Assembly (NCBI GenBank): GCA_965204755.1 | Contig: OZ242011.1 | Location: 1,888,001-1,952,000 of the forward strand | Length of the DNA: 64,000 nt | Direction of reading: 5' to 3' | From: Candidatus Marinacidobacterium sp. | Lineage (GTDB): Bacteria > Acidobacteriota > Vicinamibacteria > Marinacidobacterales > Marinacidobacteraceae | Shown here: positions 1-9,003 of the stretch, piece after piece | Position numbering within the stretch: position 1 is the first letter of the stretch | Layout of the letters: each line of letters starts with the position of its first letter | The notes under the pieces: generated by a model | What the model was told of the DNA's origin: nothing | Databases searched by the model: none | The model's input: the letters and a program-made list of their open reading frames with translations, nothing else | Program-made: the position numbers and the translations under genes

Positions 1-1025
1 AGCGCGAGTCCTACTTCCGACAGGCGCGGACGGTGCTGCGCCCGGTCGTCGGCGACCGCTGGCGCCGCCCGAACGACAACTTCGACGCCCACACCTACCC
101 GAAGGGCGCGGCGCTGATCCACCTCCTCCGCCACATCGTCGGCCCGGAGGAGTTCCGCCGCGGTCTGGGCCACTTCCTGGAAAAGCACGCCTTCCAGCCG
201 GTGGACACCGAGGACTTCATCACCGCCTTCGCCGAAGAACCGGGTGCGGACATCCGCTGGTTCGTGGACCTGTGGCTGCGGAGGCCGGGCCATCCGGTGC
301 TGGAGATCACTTCGTCCTGGGCCGACGGGCAGGTGGAAATGCACATCCGCCAGGTGCAGTCGCCGGAAGCCAGCATCGGCGAAGTCCCGGACGCCTACCG
401 CGCGCCGCTCTCCGCGCGGGTGGTCGGCGAGTCCGGTTCCGAGACCCACGAGTTCTGGCTCGAAGGCCGTGAGCAGACCCTGACCTTCCCGGCGGCGGAG
501 CGCCCGAAGTTCGTCCGCTTCGACGCCGACGATGTGCTGCTGGCGGAGTTGCGGATCGACAAGCCCGGCGAGGAATGGATCGCCCAGTTGCGCGAGGACG
601 ACGCCGCCGGCCGCCGCCGCGCCGCCGTGGCCCTCGGCGGCTTCCGCGAACGCGAAGCCCGCTCCGCCCTCTGGGAAGCCGCCGCGAACGACCCCTTCTG
701 GGCCGTCCGCCAAGCCGCGCTGGAGGGCCTCGACCCGTCCAACCCCGCCGATTTCGACACGCTCTCCACCGCCGCCGCCGAGGACCCCAAGTCCACCGTT
801 CGCGCCGCCGCCCTCGACCTCCTGGGCGTCACCGGCAACGCCCCGTTCCTCATCGAACGCTTCCACGCCGACTCGTCCTACGCCGCCCAAGCCGCCGCCC
901 TCCGCTCCCTCGGCCGCGCCGGCGGCGACTTGGCCCCTCCGGTCCTGGAGGAGGCGGCCGCGATGGCGTCTCCCCGCGATGTAATCGCCCGCGCCGCCCG
1001 GGAAGCGCTCGAGTCCCTGCGGTAA
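1..1025 (+). CDS. M1-family aminopeptidase, C-terminal part with HEAT repeats (5' truncated by window edge)
   Basis: 'HTYPKGAALIHLLR' M1 catalytic-Tyr region and 'WFVDLWLRRPGHPVLEI', followed by HEAT-like repeats (DPFWAVRQAAL, DPKSTVRAAAL). Confidence 0.85.
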   Translation, partial: RESYFRQARTVLRPVVGDRWRRPNDNFDAHTYPKGAALIHLLRHIVGPEEFRRGLGHFLEKHAFQPVDTEDFITAFAEEPGADIRWFVDLWLRRPGHPVLEITSSWADGQVEMHIRQVQSPEASIGEVPDAYRAPLSARVVGESGSETHEFWLEGREQTLTFPAAERPKFVRFDADDVLLAELRIDKPGEEWIAQLREDDAAGRRRAAVALGGFREREARSALWEAAANDPFWAVRQAALEGLDPSNPADFDTLSTAAAEDPKSTVRAAALDLLGVTGNAPFLIERFHADSSYAAQAAALRSLGRAGGDLAPPVLEEAAAMASPRDVIARAAREALESLR

Positions 1026-1048
1026 CAGAGTGCGATAGCCCCGTTCCC

Positions 1049-2422
1049 ATGAATGCCTCCGGAACATCGATCGGTGGCGACAGGTCCGCGTACGAGCTCC
1101 TGCGCCAAGCGGAAGTGCTGTACGAGCGCTACGAGGCGGGCCGGAAAGAACCCTTCAACCTGTTCTCGGTGTTGCGCAAAGCGAGCGACGAGGAACACCT
1201 GCACTCGAAGTTCCTCGCGGCTCTCCTGAACTGGGAGTCACCGGAAGACGGCGCGGAAAAGGGTGCCAAGAAGAACCTCCGCGACTTCGTTGAGCAGGTC
1301 GTGGCACCCGCCGTGGACACCGCGCGCGAAGAGGCAGCCCGCAAAGAGGCGGAAGGCGGGGATGCGGAGTCACCGGAGGACCGCGGAGAGCCGCGTCTAG
1401 AGAACGCGGCCCCTCCCTCCGCACCCCAGGTCGAAAGCCATGAACGGCGCGAAGCGGATGTCGGTAATGGCGATTCCTACCGGAGCGGCTCTCTCAGTGC
1501 CGGGCAGTTCTCGTTCTTGGTTGACGAGGGTGCCAGAGTCGAACGGGAACGGCATCACATCGATCTGCTGATCACGAACGCCGACGGCCAGGCGATCGTG
1601 CTCGAGAACAAGATCTGGGCAGGCGACCAGCCACGGCAACTTGAGCGTTATTTCGACACAGTAAAGCGTCTCGGCTTGGAACCGACGCTCGTCTATCTGA
1701 CGCTTGATGGCCGCCCACCGTCCGAACAGAGCCGTAGGGAACATGTAGTCGCTTGCCTGAGTTACAGAGAGGACCTTATTCCGTGGCTGAGGGGATGCCA
1801 GGAGAGAGCCTGCGACGAGCCGGCACTGCGAGAGTCGGTGGCTCAGTATCTCGCTCTGATTCACACCCTATGCGGCGACGCCGGGAGGGAATTCATGACC
1901 GAACTCACGAAACTCTTGCGCGAGGGAAACGACCTCATCTTGGCGCGTACGCTCGGAGATGCCGCCACGGTTGCCTGGGGCGATCTCCTCTTCGACTACT
2001 GGGAAGGCGTACGCCAGGAAGTCGAAACGGAGATCGGCCTGCTGCCCGACCAAAGCGATCTTCGAGGCTGGATCAAACGGTTCGTTGACCGGCGAGCGGG
2101 TCACTTCCACTACTCTTGGCCTCTACCGAGCGAATGGGCGCCGGCTCCGCTCGCTCTCGAGGCGCGACGCGATGGCGGAATCTTCTGGGGTGTCATCTGC
2201 GGCAACCGGGAACACCGGGAACTGTACGGCCGACTGAAGGACAAACTGAGTCCTTTGGGGTATGCCCATGCTGAGCGGTGGTGGTCCGGCCGCAAGTTCG
2301 TCTGTGAGGGGAATACCAGCAGACCCTCCGAGAGGGTGCTCGCGGTCTTGAACAACGCGCAGAAGCGAAGTGAGGTTGTCCGGGATCTGATCGAGACTTG
2401 GGAGTCTCTGCGAAAGGCCTGA
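1049..2422 (+). CDS. PD-(D/E)XK nuclease superfamily protein (PDDEXK_4-like)
   Basis: FNLFSVL...EEHLHSKFLAALLN and IDLLI...IVLENKIWAGDQPRQLERY motifs; ATG at 1049 in frame with ORF 575..2422; lower GC than flanks. Confidence 0.85.
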   Translation: MNASGTSIGGDRSAYELLRQAEVLYERYEAGRKEPFNLFSVLRKASDEEHLHSKFLAALLNWESPEDGAEKGAKKNLRDFVEQVVAPAVDTAREEAARKEAEGGDAESPEDRGEPRLENAAPPSAPQVESHERREADVGNGDSYRSGSLSAGQFSFLVDEGARVERERHHIDLLITNADGQAIVLENKIWAGDQPRQLERYFDTVKRLGLEPTLVYLTLDGRPPSEQSRREHVVACLSYREDLIPWLRGCQERACDEPALRESVAQYLALIHTLCGDAGREFMTELTKLLREGNDLILARTLGDAATVAWGDLLFDYWEGVRQEVETEIGLLPDQSDLRGWIKRFVDRRAGHFHYSWPLPSEWAPAPLALEARRDGGIFWGVICGNREHRELYGRLKDKLSPLGYAHAERWWSGRKFVCEGNTSRPSERVLAVLNNAQKRSEVVRDLIETWESLRKA

Positions 2423-2563
2423 CCACCTCCTGACACCCGTCTCTCTCGCCCGACCGCGCAATGCTCTGGCGAGAGGCGCCGGTGAGCATCCGAGTCGTCG
2501 GCGCTGCGGGGCGCGGGCGGCATCGGCCATCCGGCCGAAGCCGGCAACCCCCAGATTCCCCCT

Positions 2564-2627
2564 ACTTCGACGGTTTGGTCTTGTAAGTTGTTGACTGTTG
2601 GGAAGTTGATTTCGTAGGCACACTACA
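2564..2627 (-). repeat. 64-bp AT-rich dispersed motif, copy A (inverted relative to 38023..38086); possible IS-like end
   Basis: Reverse complement TGTAGTGTGCCTACGAAATCAACTTCCCAACAGTCAACAACTTACAAGACCAAACCGTCGAAGT matches 38023..38086 with 6 mismatches. Confidence 0.9.
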
Positions 2628-2836
2628 TCCGGGCTCATGGTTGGGGCCGGTGCGACCCGGCGGGGCTCCGCCACCACTGTCGCGATTCGGGTTCGGCGGC
2701 CATCCCCGGAGACCGCCCGACCTCCGAGCCGAGGTCCCCGCCCGAAGCGTGAACCACGGGCTCGTCGGCTCCCCGGATGCGCCCCACCAACAGGCGCCGA
2801 GACCTCCGGCTCGGCCCCCGAACCGAGTTATAGCGA

Positions 2837-2877
2837 GTTTAGGCAGGTTTATCGGATTTCGATAAACCGGGGTAAAC
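2837..2877. promoter_or_regulatory. Nested palindrome, candidate operator upstream of the PQQ-propeller gene
   Basis: Inner arms GGTTTATCG-gattt-CGATAAACC (2846-2868) with symmetric outer arms GTTTA (2837) and TAAAC (2873-2877). Confidence 0.5.
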
Positions 2878-3128
2878 CTCCTACAACCGGAGCAACATCC
2901 CGGTCGCCCGAGAGCCCCGGCCTCGACCACCCGGCACCGGGCGAGAAGACCGGCACGGTCGGCAAACTCCGGTAGCCAAGCCGAATTCCCGAAGGTCCGG
3001 GCGTATGCACAAAGGCTTGGAGCAATCACCCGGAGCCTGCATTTCGCCCCGTTTCGACACCGAGACGCGAACACTTGCCCCGCCCCCCGGACCCGGCGGA
3101 TAGGATGGAACGCCCGAGGAACAACGAA

Positions 3129-5081
3129 GTGAAACACCACCGCCGCGCGCGGACCGCCCTCCCCACCTGCGCCGCCGCCCTCGCCACGACCCTCGCCGTC
3201 GCCCAACCCCCCGAAGACACCCACTTCCCCTGGCCCTCCTTCCGCGGCCCCTCCGCCTCCGGCATCGCCGACGGACAAGCCCCGCCGACCGAGTGGGACG
3301 CGGGCACCGGCGAGAACATCCGCTGGAGCACGGAGATCCCCGGCCTCGGTCACTCCAGCCCCATCGTCTGGGGCGACCGCGTCTTCCTCACCACCGCGGT
3401 CAGCGCCGACCCCGACCCGGTCTTCCGCTACGGCACCGACGGCCGCATAGATCGCCGCTCCGACCGCGAACCCAACACCTGGTTCGTCTATGCCTTCGAC
3501 CGCGCGGACGGCCGCGTCCTCTGGACCCGCGAAGCCGCCAGCGGCGTCCCCGCCATCGCCCGCCACCCGAAGAACACCTACGCCTCCGCGACCCCCGCGA
3601 CCGACGGCGAGCGCGTCGTCGCCCTGATGGCCAACGGCGGCCTCTTCGCCTACGACCTCGACGGCGAGCCGCTGTGGTCGGTGGACCTCGGCCCCCTCGA
3701 CTCCGGCGCCTCCTACGACGACACCTACCAGTGGGCCGCCGCCAGTTCCCCCATCCTCTGGCGCGGCCTGGTGATCGTCCAGGCCGACCAGCAGGAGGGC
3801 TCGTTCCTCGCCGCCTTCGACGCCGCCACCGGCGAGGAGGCTTGGCGCGCACCCCGCCAGTTGATCTCCGCCTTCTCGACGCCGCTCGTCCTCGAAGGCC
3901 CCGCCCGCGCCGAACTCGTCACCAACGGCGCCGGCACCATGTTCGGCTACGACCCCGCGACCGGCGAAGAACTCTGGCGAATGTCCGGCAGTTCCTTCAA
4001 CACCACGCCCACCCCGGTCGCCGCCGACGGGCTGATCTACCTCACCAGCGGCTACCGCATCCGCCCGATCTTCGCCGTCCGCGCCGGCGCCGCCGGCGAC
4101 ATCTCCCTCGCCGAAGGCGCCCGCTCGAACCCCGATGTGGCCTGGAGTTCCCCCCGCGACGGCCCCTACATGTCCTCCCCGCTGGCCTACCGCGGCCTCC
4201 TCTATGTGGTCTCCACCGGCGGCGTCCTCACCGTCTTCGACGCCGCCACCGGCGACCGCATCTACAAGCGCCGCATCGGCGACCGCGGCGGCGCCTACAC
4301 CGCCTCCCCGGTGGCGGCGGACGGGCGGATCTACCTGGCGTCCGAGGACGGCGACATCTTCGTCATCCGCGCCGGCCCCGACTACGAGTTGCTGGCCGCC
4401 AACCCGATGGGCGAAGTCTGCCTGGCCACCCCGGCGATCTCCGAAGGCCAGATCCTCATCCGCACGACCTCGCGCCTGGTCGCCGCCGCCGACGGCATCG
4501 CCGCCAGCGCCGCCCCCGCGAGACCCTCCCGCGCCCCCTTCCCGGAGGCGTTCGCGGCCGGGACGACCCTCGCGCTCGACGACTTCGAGGACGACGACCT
4601 CTACGCGAGCACCGGCGTCCGCTGGCAGACCTTCACCAACGGCGTCTCGAACGCCGAGTTGCGCCTCGTCCGCCCCGGCGCCGGTTCGACGGGGGCGGCC
4701 GTCCGCGTCGAGGGCGAACTGGCCCTCGGCGCCGAACGCGGCCCCCTCGCCCAGATGTACCAGCCCTTCGACCGCGGCGCCATGCCGGTGGACTTGCGCG
4801 GCCTCGGCGGCGTCCGCTTCCACGCCCGCGGAAACCGCCCCTTCGACCTCTCCATCCGCTGCGCCGACGGCGAATTCCGCCACGAAGTCCCGGTCTCGGA
4901 GGAATGGCGCCCGTTCGACCTCCCCGTCGAATCCCTCACGCCCCTCCGCCCCGACAACGCCGGCGCCCCGTGGACCGGCGACCGCTGCGTCGGAATCTAC
5001 TTCTCCCGCCGCGGCACCGCCGACCCCGGCCCGTTCCGCTTCGAGTTGGACGAAATCACCCTCTACGGCCGCGCCCGGTAG
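3129..5081 (+). CDS. Secreted PQQ-binding-like beta-propeller (BamB-like) protein with C-terminal CIA30/carbohydrate-binding-like domain
   Basis: Signal peptide; WPSFRGP, GHSSPIVWGDRVFLT, YASATPATDG and YTASPVAADGRIY repeats; C-terminal LDDFED...GVRFHARG domain; GAGGA RBS before GTG 3129. Confidence 0.85.
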   Translation: MKHHRRARTALPTCAAALATTLAVAQPPEDTHFPWPSFRGPSASGIADGQAPPTEWDAGTGENIRWSTEIPGLGHSSPIVWGDRVFLTTAVSADPDPVFRYGTDGRIDRRSDREPNTWFVYAFDRADGRVLWTREAASGVPAIARHPKNTYASATPATDGERVVALMANGGLFAYDLDGEPLWSVDLGPLDSGASYDDTYQWAAASSPILWRGLVIVQADQQEGSFLAAFDAATGEEAWRAPRQLISAFSTPLVLEGPARAELVTNGAGTMFGYDPATGEELWRMSGSSFNTTPTPVAADGLIYLTSGYRIRPIFAVRAGAAGDISLAEGARSNPDVAWSSPRDGPYMSSPLAYRGLLYVVSTGGVLTVFDAATGDRIYKRRIGDRGGAYTASPVAADGRIYLASEDGDIFVIRAGPDYELLAANPMGEVCLATPAISEGQILIRTTSRLVAAADGIAASAAPARPSRAPFPEAFAAGTTLALDDFEDDDLYASTGVRWQTFTNGVSNAELRLVRPGAGSTGAAVRVEGELALGAERGPLAQMYQPFDRGAMPVDLRGLGGVRFHARGNRPFDLSIRCADGEFRHEVPVSEEWRPFDLPVESLTPLRPDNAGAPWTGDRCVGIYFSRRGTADPGPFRFELDEITLYGRAR

Positions 5082-5100
5082 AGCAGGTTCGCCGCCCCCG
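5028..5100 (+). repeat. 73-bp direct repeat, copy 1 (3' end of PQQ gene)
   Basis: Matches 6294..6366 with 2 mismatches (offset 1266). Confidence 0.95.
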
Positions 5101-5298
5101 GTCCCGGGGCCACTCCGGGACAACCCGCCTCCGGAGGCGCTCGGCGGAATCGTCCGAGCCACCGGTGCGCCTTCCGGTAGGTCGGCTCCACCGGAGTCGC
5201 GCTTGCACGCGCTCCGCGTCCCTCGATAGGGTGGGAATCGGAGCGCCGAACTGACGGCTGCTCCGCTCAACCTCCGATCGACCAGACGGGAGCCGACG

Positions 5299-6255
5299 AT
5301 GCTTCAGGCACTCAAGGACTACTTCAAGGCGCGAGGAATTCTCTCGACGCACTTTCGCTGCGAGCACAGCGATTCCTGCGCAGGGTGCTTGGCGGCGGAG
5401 GATCATCCTGACTGGGAGATTGATCTCCGCTTCGCCAGGGAAGACTCCGGCGACGGAGACACTCGCCCATGCCCGAAGTGCGGGGCGCCCATGGACCGCG
5501 CCTGGAAGGGAAAGAAGGAATGCAGGGTGAAGGGATGCGGCTACTTTCCCCGGTTCACCGGCCCGAAGTCTTCGTATGTCGGTACGGGGTACGAGCGAAG
5601 CGGGGGATTCGCACGGGGAGACTTGCCTCGGCTCTTCATCCTCTCGCCGGATTCCGGAGGTGAGACTTGGGACGCGAGGAGCAAGACACCGGAGTCGGTT
5701 CGGCGCTGGGAAGAACGAGCCACCAATGATGTGGCGAACTACGGCGAGAAAGACCAAGACAAACACTGGTACCGGACCTATGAACTCGCCTCGTACATCC
5801 TCCGTGTCTTCGATCCGAGGTTCGAGACCATCGGAAATGTGACGGGTCACTTCGCGCATGTCAACGCCGCGAAGTGCTCCCTCAACAATTACGCCAACAG
5901 AGAGGCCGATGATCAACTCGCCGAAAACTGCCGCGAGTACCTTCCCGGAGAACTGGAGATTCTTCGCCCCGACATCGTGGTAACGCAGGGCAGGAAGTGC
6001 GAAAGACTCGCCGTCAGGCATCTCTACCGTGGCCGGATCAGTCAGATCGAGGGTGAACTGGCGTGGGTCCAAATGAACGATGCGCACCGGTTCTTGTGGC
6101 TGTGGATTTTCCACCCGACTTCGCGGCCGCCTAGGAAGGGAGAGCTCAGCCCGTTCGAGAAGCAGGCCGACTACGACGCTTCGGGGACCGCGCAAGGTTG
6201 GGTGCGGCGCTCAAGACGGATCCGCCAACTCTTGGAGGAGTCTCAGAGCGGGTAA
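5299..6255 (+). CDS. Uracil-DNA glycosylase superfamily-like protein with Cys-rich N-terminal region
   Basis: AHVNAAKCS...ENCREYLPGELEILRPDIVVTQG...IFHPT resembles the UDG fold; N-terminal CEHSDSCAGC, CPKC and CRVKGC; GGGAG RBS; lower GC. Confidence 0.6.
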   Translation: MLQALKDYFKARGILSTHFRCEHSDSCAGCLAAEDHPDWEIDLRFAREDSGDGDTRPCPKCGAPMDRAWKGKKECRVKGCGYFPRFTGPKSSYVGTGYERSGGFARGDLPRLFILSPDSGGETWDARSKTPESVRRWEERATNDVANYGEKDQDKHWYRTYELASYILRVFDPRFETIGNVTGHFAHVNAAKCSLNNYANREADDQLAENCREYLPGELEILRPDIVVTQGRKCERLAVRHLYRGRISQIEGELAWVQMNDAHRFLWLWIFHPTSRPPRKGELSPFEKQADYDASGTAQGWVRRSRRIRQLLEESQSG

Positions 6256-6293
6256 GTCGCGACGAATCGGGTGTCCTGAGCGGCTTCGCGGGA

Positions 6294-6366
6294 GGCCCGT
6301 TCCGCTTCGAGTTGGACGAAATCACCCTCTACGGCCGCGCCAGGTAGAGCAGGTTCGCCGCGCCCG
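6294..6366 (+). repeat. 73-bp direct repeat, copy 2 (contains the stop codon of the convergent FG-GAP gene)
   Basis: Matches 5028..5100. Confidence 0.95.
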
Positions 6367-7441
6367 ACCGCGCCGCCGCGATGTCCGGCGCGCCGTCGCC
6401 GTCCACATCGCCGACCGCGAGCCCGTACACCGTTCCCGCGCCGTCCCCGAAGGGAACCGGCGTGAACCGCTCGGCGGCGCCTTCGTTCCGGAGCACGACC
6501 GCGGGTGCTTCGCGGCTGCCCACGGCCAGGTCCAAGTCGCCGTCCCCGTCGAAGTCGGCCGCCGCCAGCGAATAGACATCGTCGCTCCCGCCGCTGATCT
6601 CGCGGGGCGGCGCGAACGAACCGCCGCCGCGGTTCCGGTGGAACAGCACTCCCCCGGCGATCTGATCGCTGACCGCGATGTCCGCGCGTCCGTCCCCGTC
6701 GAGATCGGCCAGCGCGACCGCCCGCGCCGCGGACTCCGCCGGGCCGACCGGGCGCGGCTCGTCGAACCCGCCGTCCCCGTCGCCGGCGAACAGGTAACTC
6801 TGCCCGCTGTCCCGGTGGGGCGTGAACAGGTCCGCGAGCCCGTCCCCGGTCAGGTCGCCGGCCGCGATGATCGTCGCCGACTCGCGTGACAGCGCCTCGC
6901 ACGCGGGGAACCTTCCGGCGCCGTCGTTCAGGCAGGTGTAGTTGACGCTGGTGTTGTCGCGCCCGCCCCGGTTGGCGACGATGAGGTCCGGCCGCCGGTC
7001 GCGGTTCAGGTCCGCCACCGTGACATACCGCGTCCGCCACGCCGGGTCGCCGAAGGTCCCGGCGGGGCGGAACCGCCCGGCGCCGTCGTTCGCGTAGAGG
7101 CGCTTCTCGTCCGGCCGGTCGTTCCCGACGACCAGGTCGAGGTCGCCGTCCTCGTCGAGGTCCGCCAGCGCCGCCGTGTAGGTGCGGTCCGCCGGGAAGC
7201 CGGTGTCCTCGGCGGCGGCGAACCCGCCCGCGCCGTCGCCGAGCAGGATCCGGTTCTCGAGCGGCCAGTGCCGCCCCTTCGCCAGCACCAGGTCGAGGTC
7301 GCCGTCCCCGTCGAGGTCGCCGAAACTCGCGCCGGCACTCGTCTCCGCCGTCTCTTCGAGCGCCCGCGCCTCGAACCGGATCTCTCGGGCGCCCGGGCCG
7401 GCCTGCGCCGGCGCCGCGAGGAGGAGCAGGAGAACCGTCAT
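6329..7441 (-). CDS. FG-GAP/VCBS repeat beta-propeller secreted protein
   Basis: Repeated DLDGDGDLDLV motifs; signal peptide MTVLLLLLAAPAQA from ATG 7441. Confidence 0.9.
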   Translation of the reverse strand: MTVLLLLLAAPAQAGPGAREIRFEARALEETAETSAGASFGDLDGDGDLDLVLAKGRHWPLENRILLGDGAGGFAAAEDTGFPADRTYTAALADLDEDGDLDLVVGNDRPDEKRLYANDGAGRFRPAGTFGDPAWRTRYVTVADLNRDRRPDLIVANRGGRDNTSVNYTCLNDGAGRFPACEALSRESATIIAAGDLTGDGLADLFTPHRDSGQSYLFAGDGDGGFDEPRPVGPAESAARAVALADLDGDGRADIAVSDQIAGGVLFHRNRGGGSFAPPREISGGSDDVYSLAAADFDGDGDLDLAVGSREAPAVVLRNEGAAERFTPVPFGDGAGTVYGLAVGDVDGDGAPDIAAARSGAANLLYLARP

Positions 7442-7567
7442 CGGGATGCGCCCTTTCGGATGGGATGCCCGCGCATTGTCGTCCCCGACCGGCGCGGCTC
7501 CGCGCCCGGGCGCCGAGCGCCGGCCGGCCGGCCCGTTCGCCAGACTTCCCGTGATCCGACCCTCCCG

Positions 7568-8785
7568 ATGACCGACTCGTGGATTCCCCGCCATCTCGCG
7601 GCGGTCCTGCGCTCGGCGGCCGCCCAATTCCCGGTCGTCTCCGTCACCGGCCCGCGCCAGTCCGGGAAGACCACCCTCCTCCGCCGCCAGTTCCCCGACC
7701 ACGCCCATGTGTCCCTGGAACACCCGCTGGATCGCGCCGAGGCGCTCGAAGACCCCCGCGGCTTTCTCGCCCGCTTCCCCGGCCCCGTGATCCTCGACGA
7801 GGCGCAGCACGCCCCGGCGCTGTTCTCCTACATCCAACTGGCGGTGGACGACGATCCTTCGCTCGGCCGCTTCGTCCTCGCCGGTTCGCAGAACTTCCTC
7901 CGGATGCCGAAGATCACCCAGTCGCTCGCCGGCCGCGTCCGGGTCACCCATCTCCTGCCGTTCTCCCGCGCCGAACTGGCGCGTTCACCGATCCGCTCCA
8001 CCGCCGACCTCCTCTCCGACGCCGCCGATCCCTCCGCCATCGAACCCCCCGGCGAGCACTGGACGGACGAAGCCGCGCGCGGCTTCTACCCGCCGATCCA
8101 CGACCGCGGCGCCACCCCCGCGACTTGGCTCGCGTCCCACTTCCAGACCTACCTTCAAGGCGATGTCCGCGACCTGACCCGCGTCGGCGACCTCGACGCC
8201 TTCGCCCGGTTCGTCCGGCTCACTGCCGGTCGCGTCGGCGGCTTCCTCGACCTCACCGCCCTCGGCAACGACTGCGGCGTCAGCCGAGACACCGCCCGCC
8301 GCTGGCTCGGCGTCCTGGAGACCGGCTTCGCGGTGTTCCGCCTGTCCCCGTACTACCGCAACTTCCGCCGGCGCCTGACGAAGCGCCCGAAGATCTACTT
8401 CACCGACACCGGCCTCCTCTGCTGGCTGCTCGGCATCCGCGACGGCGCCACCCTGCGCGACCACCCCCTCCGGGGCGCGGTCTTCCAGAACTTCATCATC
8501 GCGGAAGTCCTGAAGAACGAGCACCACACCGGCGAGGTCCCCTGGCTCCACTCCTTCCGCGACCACCGCGGCAACGAGGTGGCCCTCATCGTCGAGACCG
8601 AAGGCGTCCCCCACGCCGTGGAGATCGAGTCCGGCCAAACCGCCACCACCGACATGCTCCGCGGCCTCCGTTACTGGGCCTCCCTCACCGGCGAGGAGGG
8701 GCGGCGGACGCTGGTGTACGGCGGCGCCGACGACGCGATCCGCTCCGGGATCCCCGTCCGCAGTTGGCGCAACTGGCCCCGCTGA
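7568..8785 (+). CDS. AAA_14 ATPase + DUF4143 domain protein
   Basis: Walker A GPRQSGKTT, ILDEAQ, SLAGR, KRPKIYFTDTGLL; C-terminal PD-(D/E)XK-like motif degenerate (EVAL...VEIES). Confidence 0.9.
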   Translation: MTDSWIPRHLAAVLRSAAAQFPVVSVTGPRQSGKTTLLRRQFPDHAHVSLEHPLDRAEALEDPRGFLARFPGPVILDEAQHAPALFSYIQLAVDDDPSLGRFVLAGSQNFLRMPKITQSLAGRVRVTHLLPFSRAELARSPIRSTADLLSDAADPSAIEPPGEHWTDEAARGFYPPIHDRGATPATWLASHFQTYLQGDVRDLTRVGDLDAFARFVRLTAGRVGGFLDLTALGNDCGVSRDTARRWLGVLETGFAVFRLSPYYRNFRRRLTKRPKIYFTDTGLLCWLLGIRDGATLRDHPLRGAVFQNFIIAEVLKNEHHTGEVPWLHSFRDHRGNEVALIVETEGVPHAVEIESGQTATTDMLRGLRYWASLTGEEGRRTLVYGGADDAIRSGIPVRSWRNWPR

Positions 8786-8858
8786 CCCCTCCGGTGGGTC
8801 GGCCCGGCGCCTCTCTCCCATCCGATGAGGCCCGGGGAGGGGCTCAGATCGGGGCTCC

Positions 8859-8964
8859 ATATGTTCGCCAGCCTTTAACAAGATCTCTCTCCTCACGCCA
8901 TATGTTCGGTGGCCTTTAACAAGGAGCCGCAAGCGAGCCTATATGTTCGTCCGGCGATAATAAG
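8859..8964 (+). repeat. Three 24-bp direct repeats with exact 41-bp period upstream of the fic gene
   Basis: ATATGTTCG-N8-TAAYAAG at 8859, 8900 and 8941. Confidence 0.85.
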
Positions 8965-9003
8965 GACGCTGATTTCACCCGATTTTTGCGACCCCGCCAC
9001 CCG

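Noticed and set aside
1011-2412. GAGTCCCTGCG / GAGTCTCTGCG at the ends of the aminopeptidase and nuclease genes as a target duplication
   Set aside because: Only 10 of 11 bases match, which is compatible with chance.
2562-5270. 902-aa minus-strand ORF and many similar long ORFs (e.g. 30060..32966, 30095..32785, 60481..63669, and the 40204..42258 extension of the AAA ORF)
   Set aside because: Antisense or frame shadows of well-supported genes in GC-rich DNA; Arg/Pro/Gly-rich with no motifs.
8859-8964. Possible mini-CRISPR array
   Set aside because: Only 3 units, 17-bp spacers, variable repeat centre and no cas genes.
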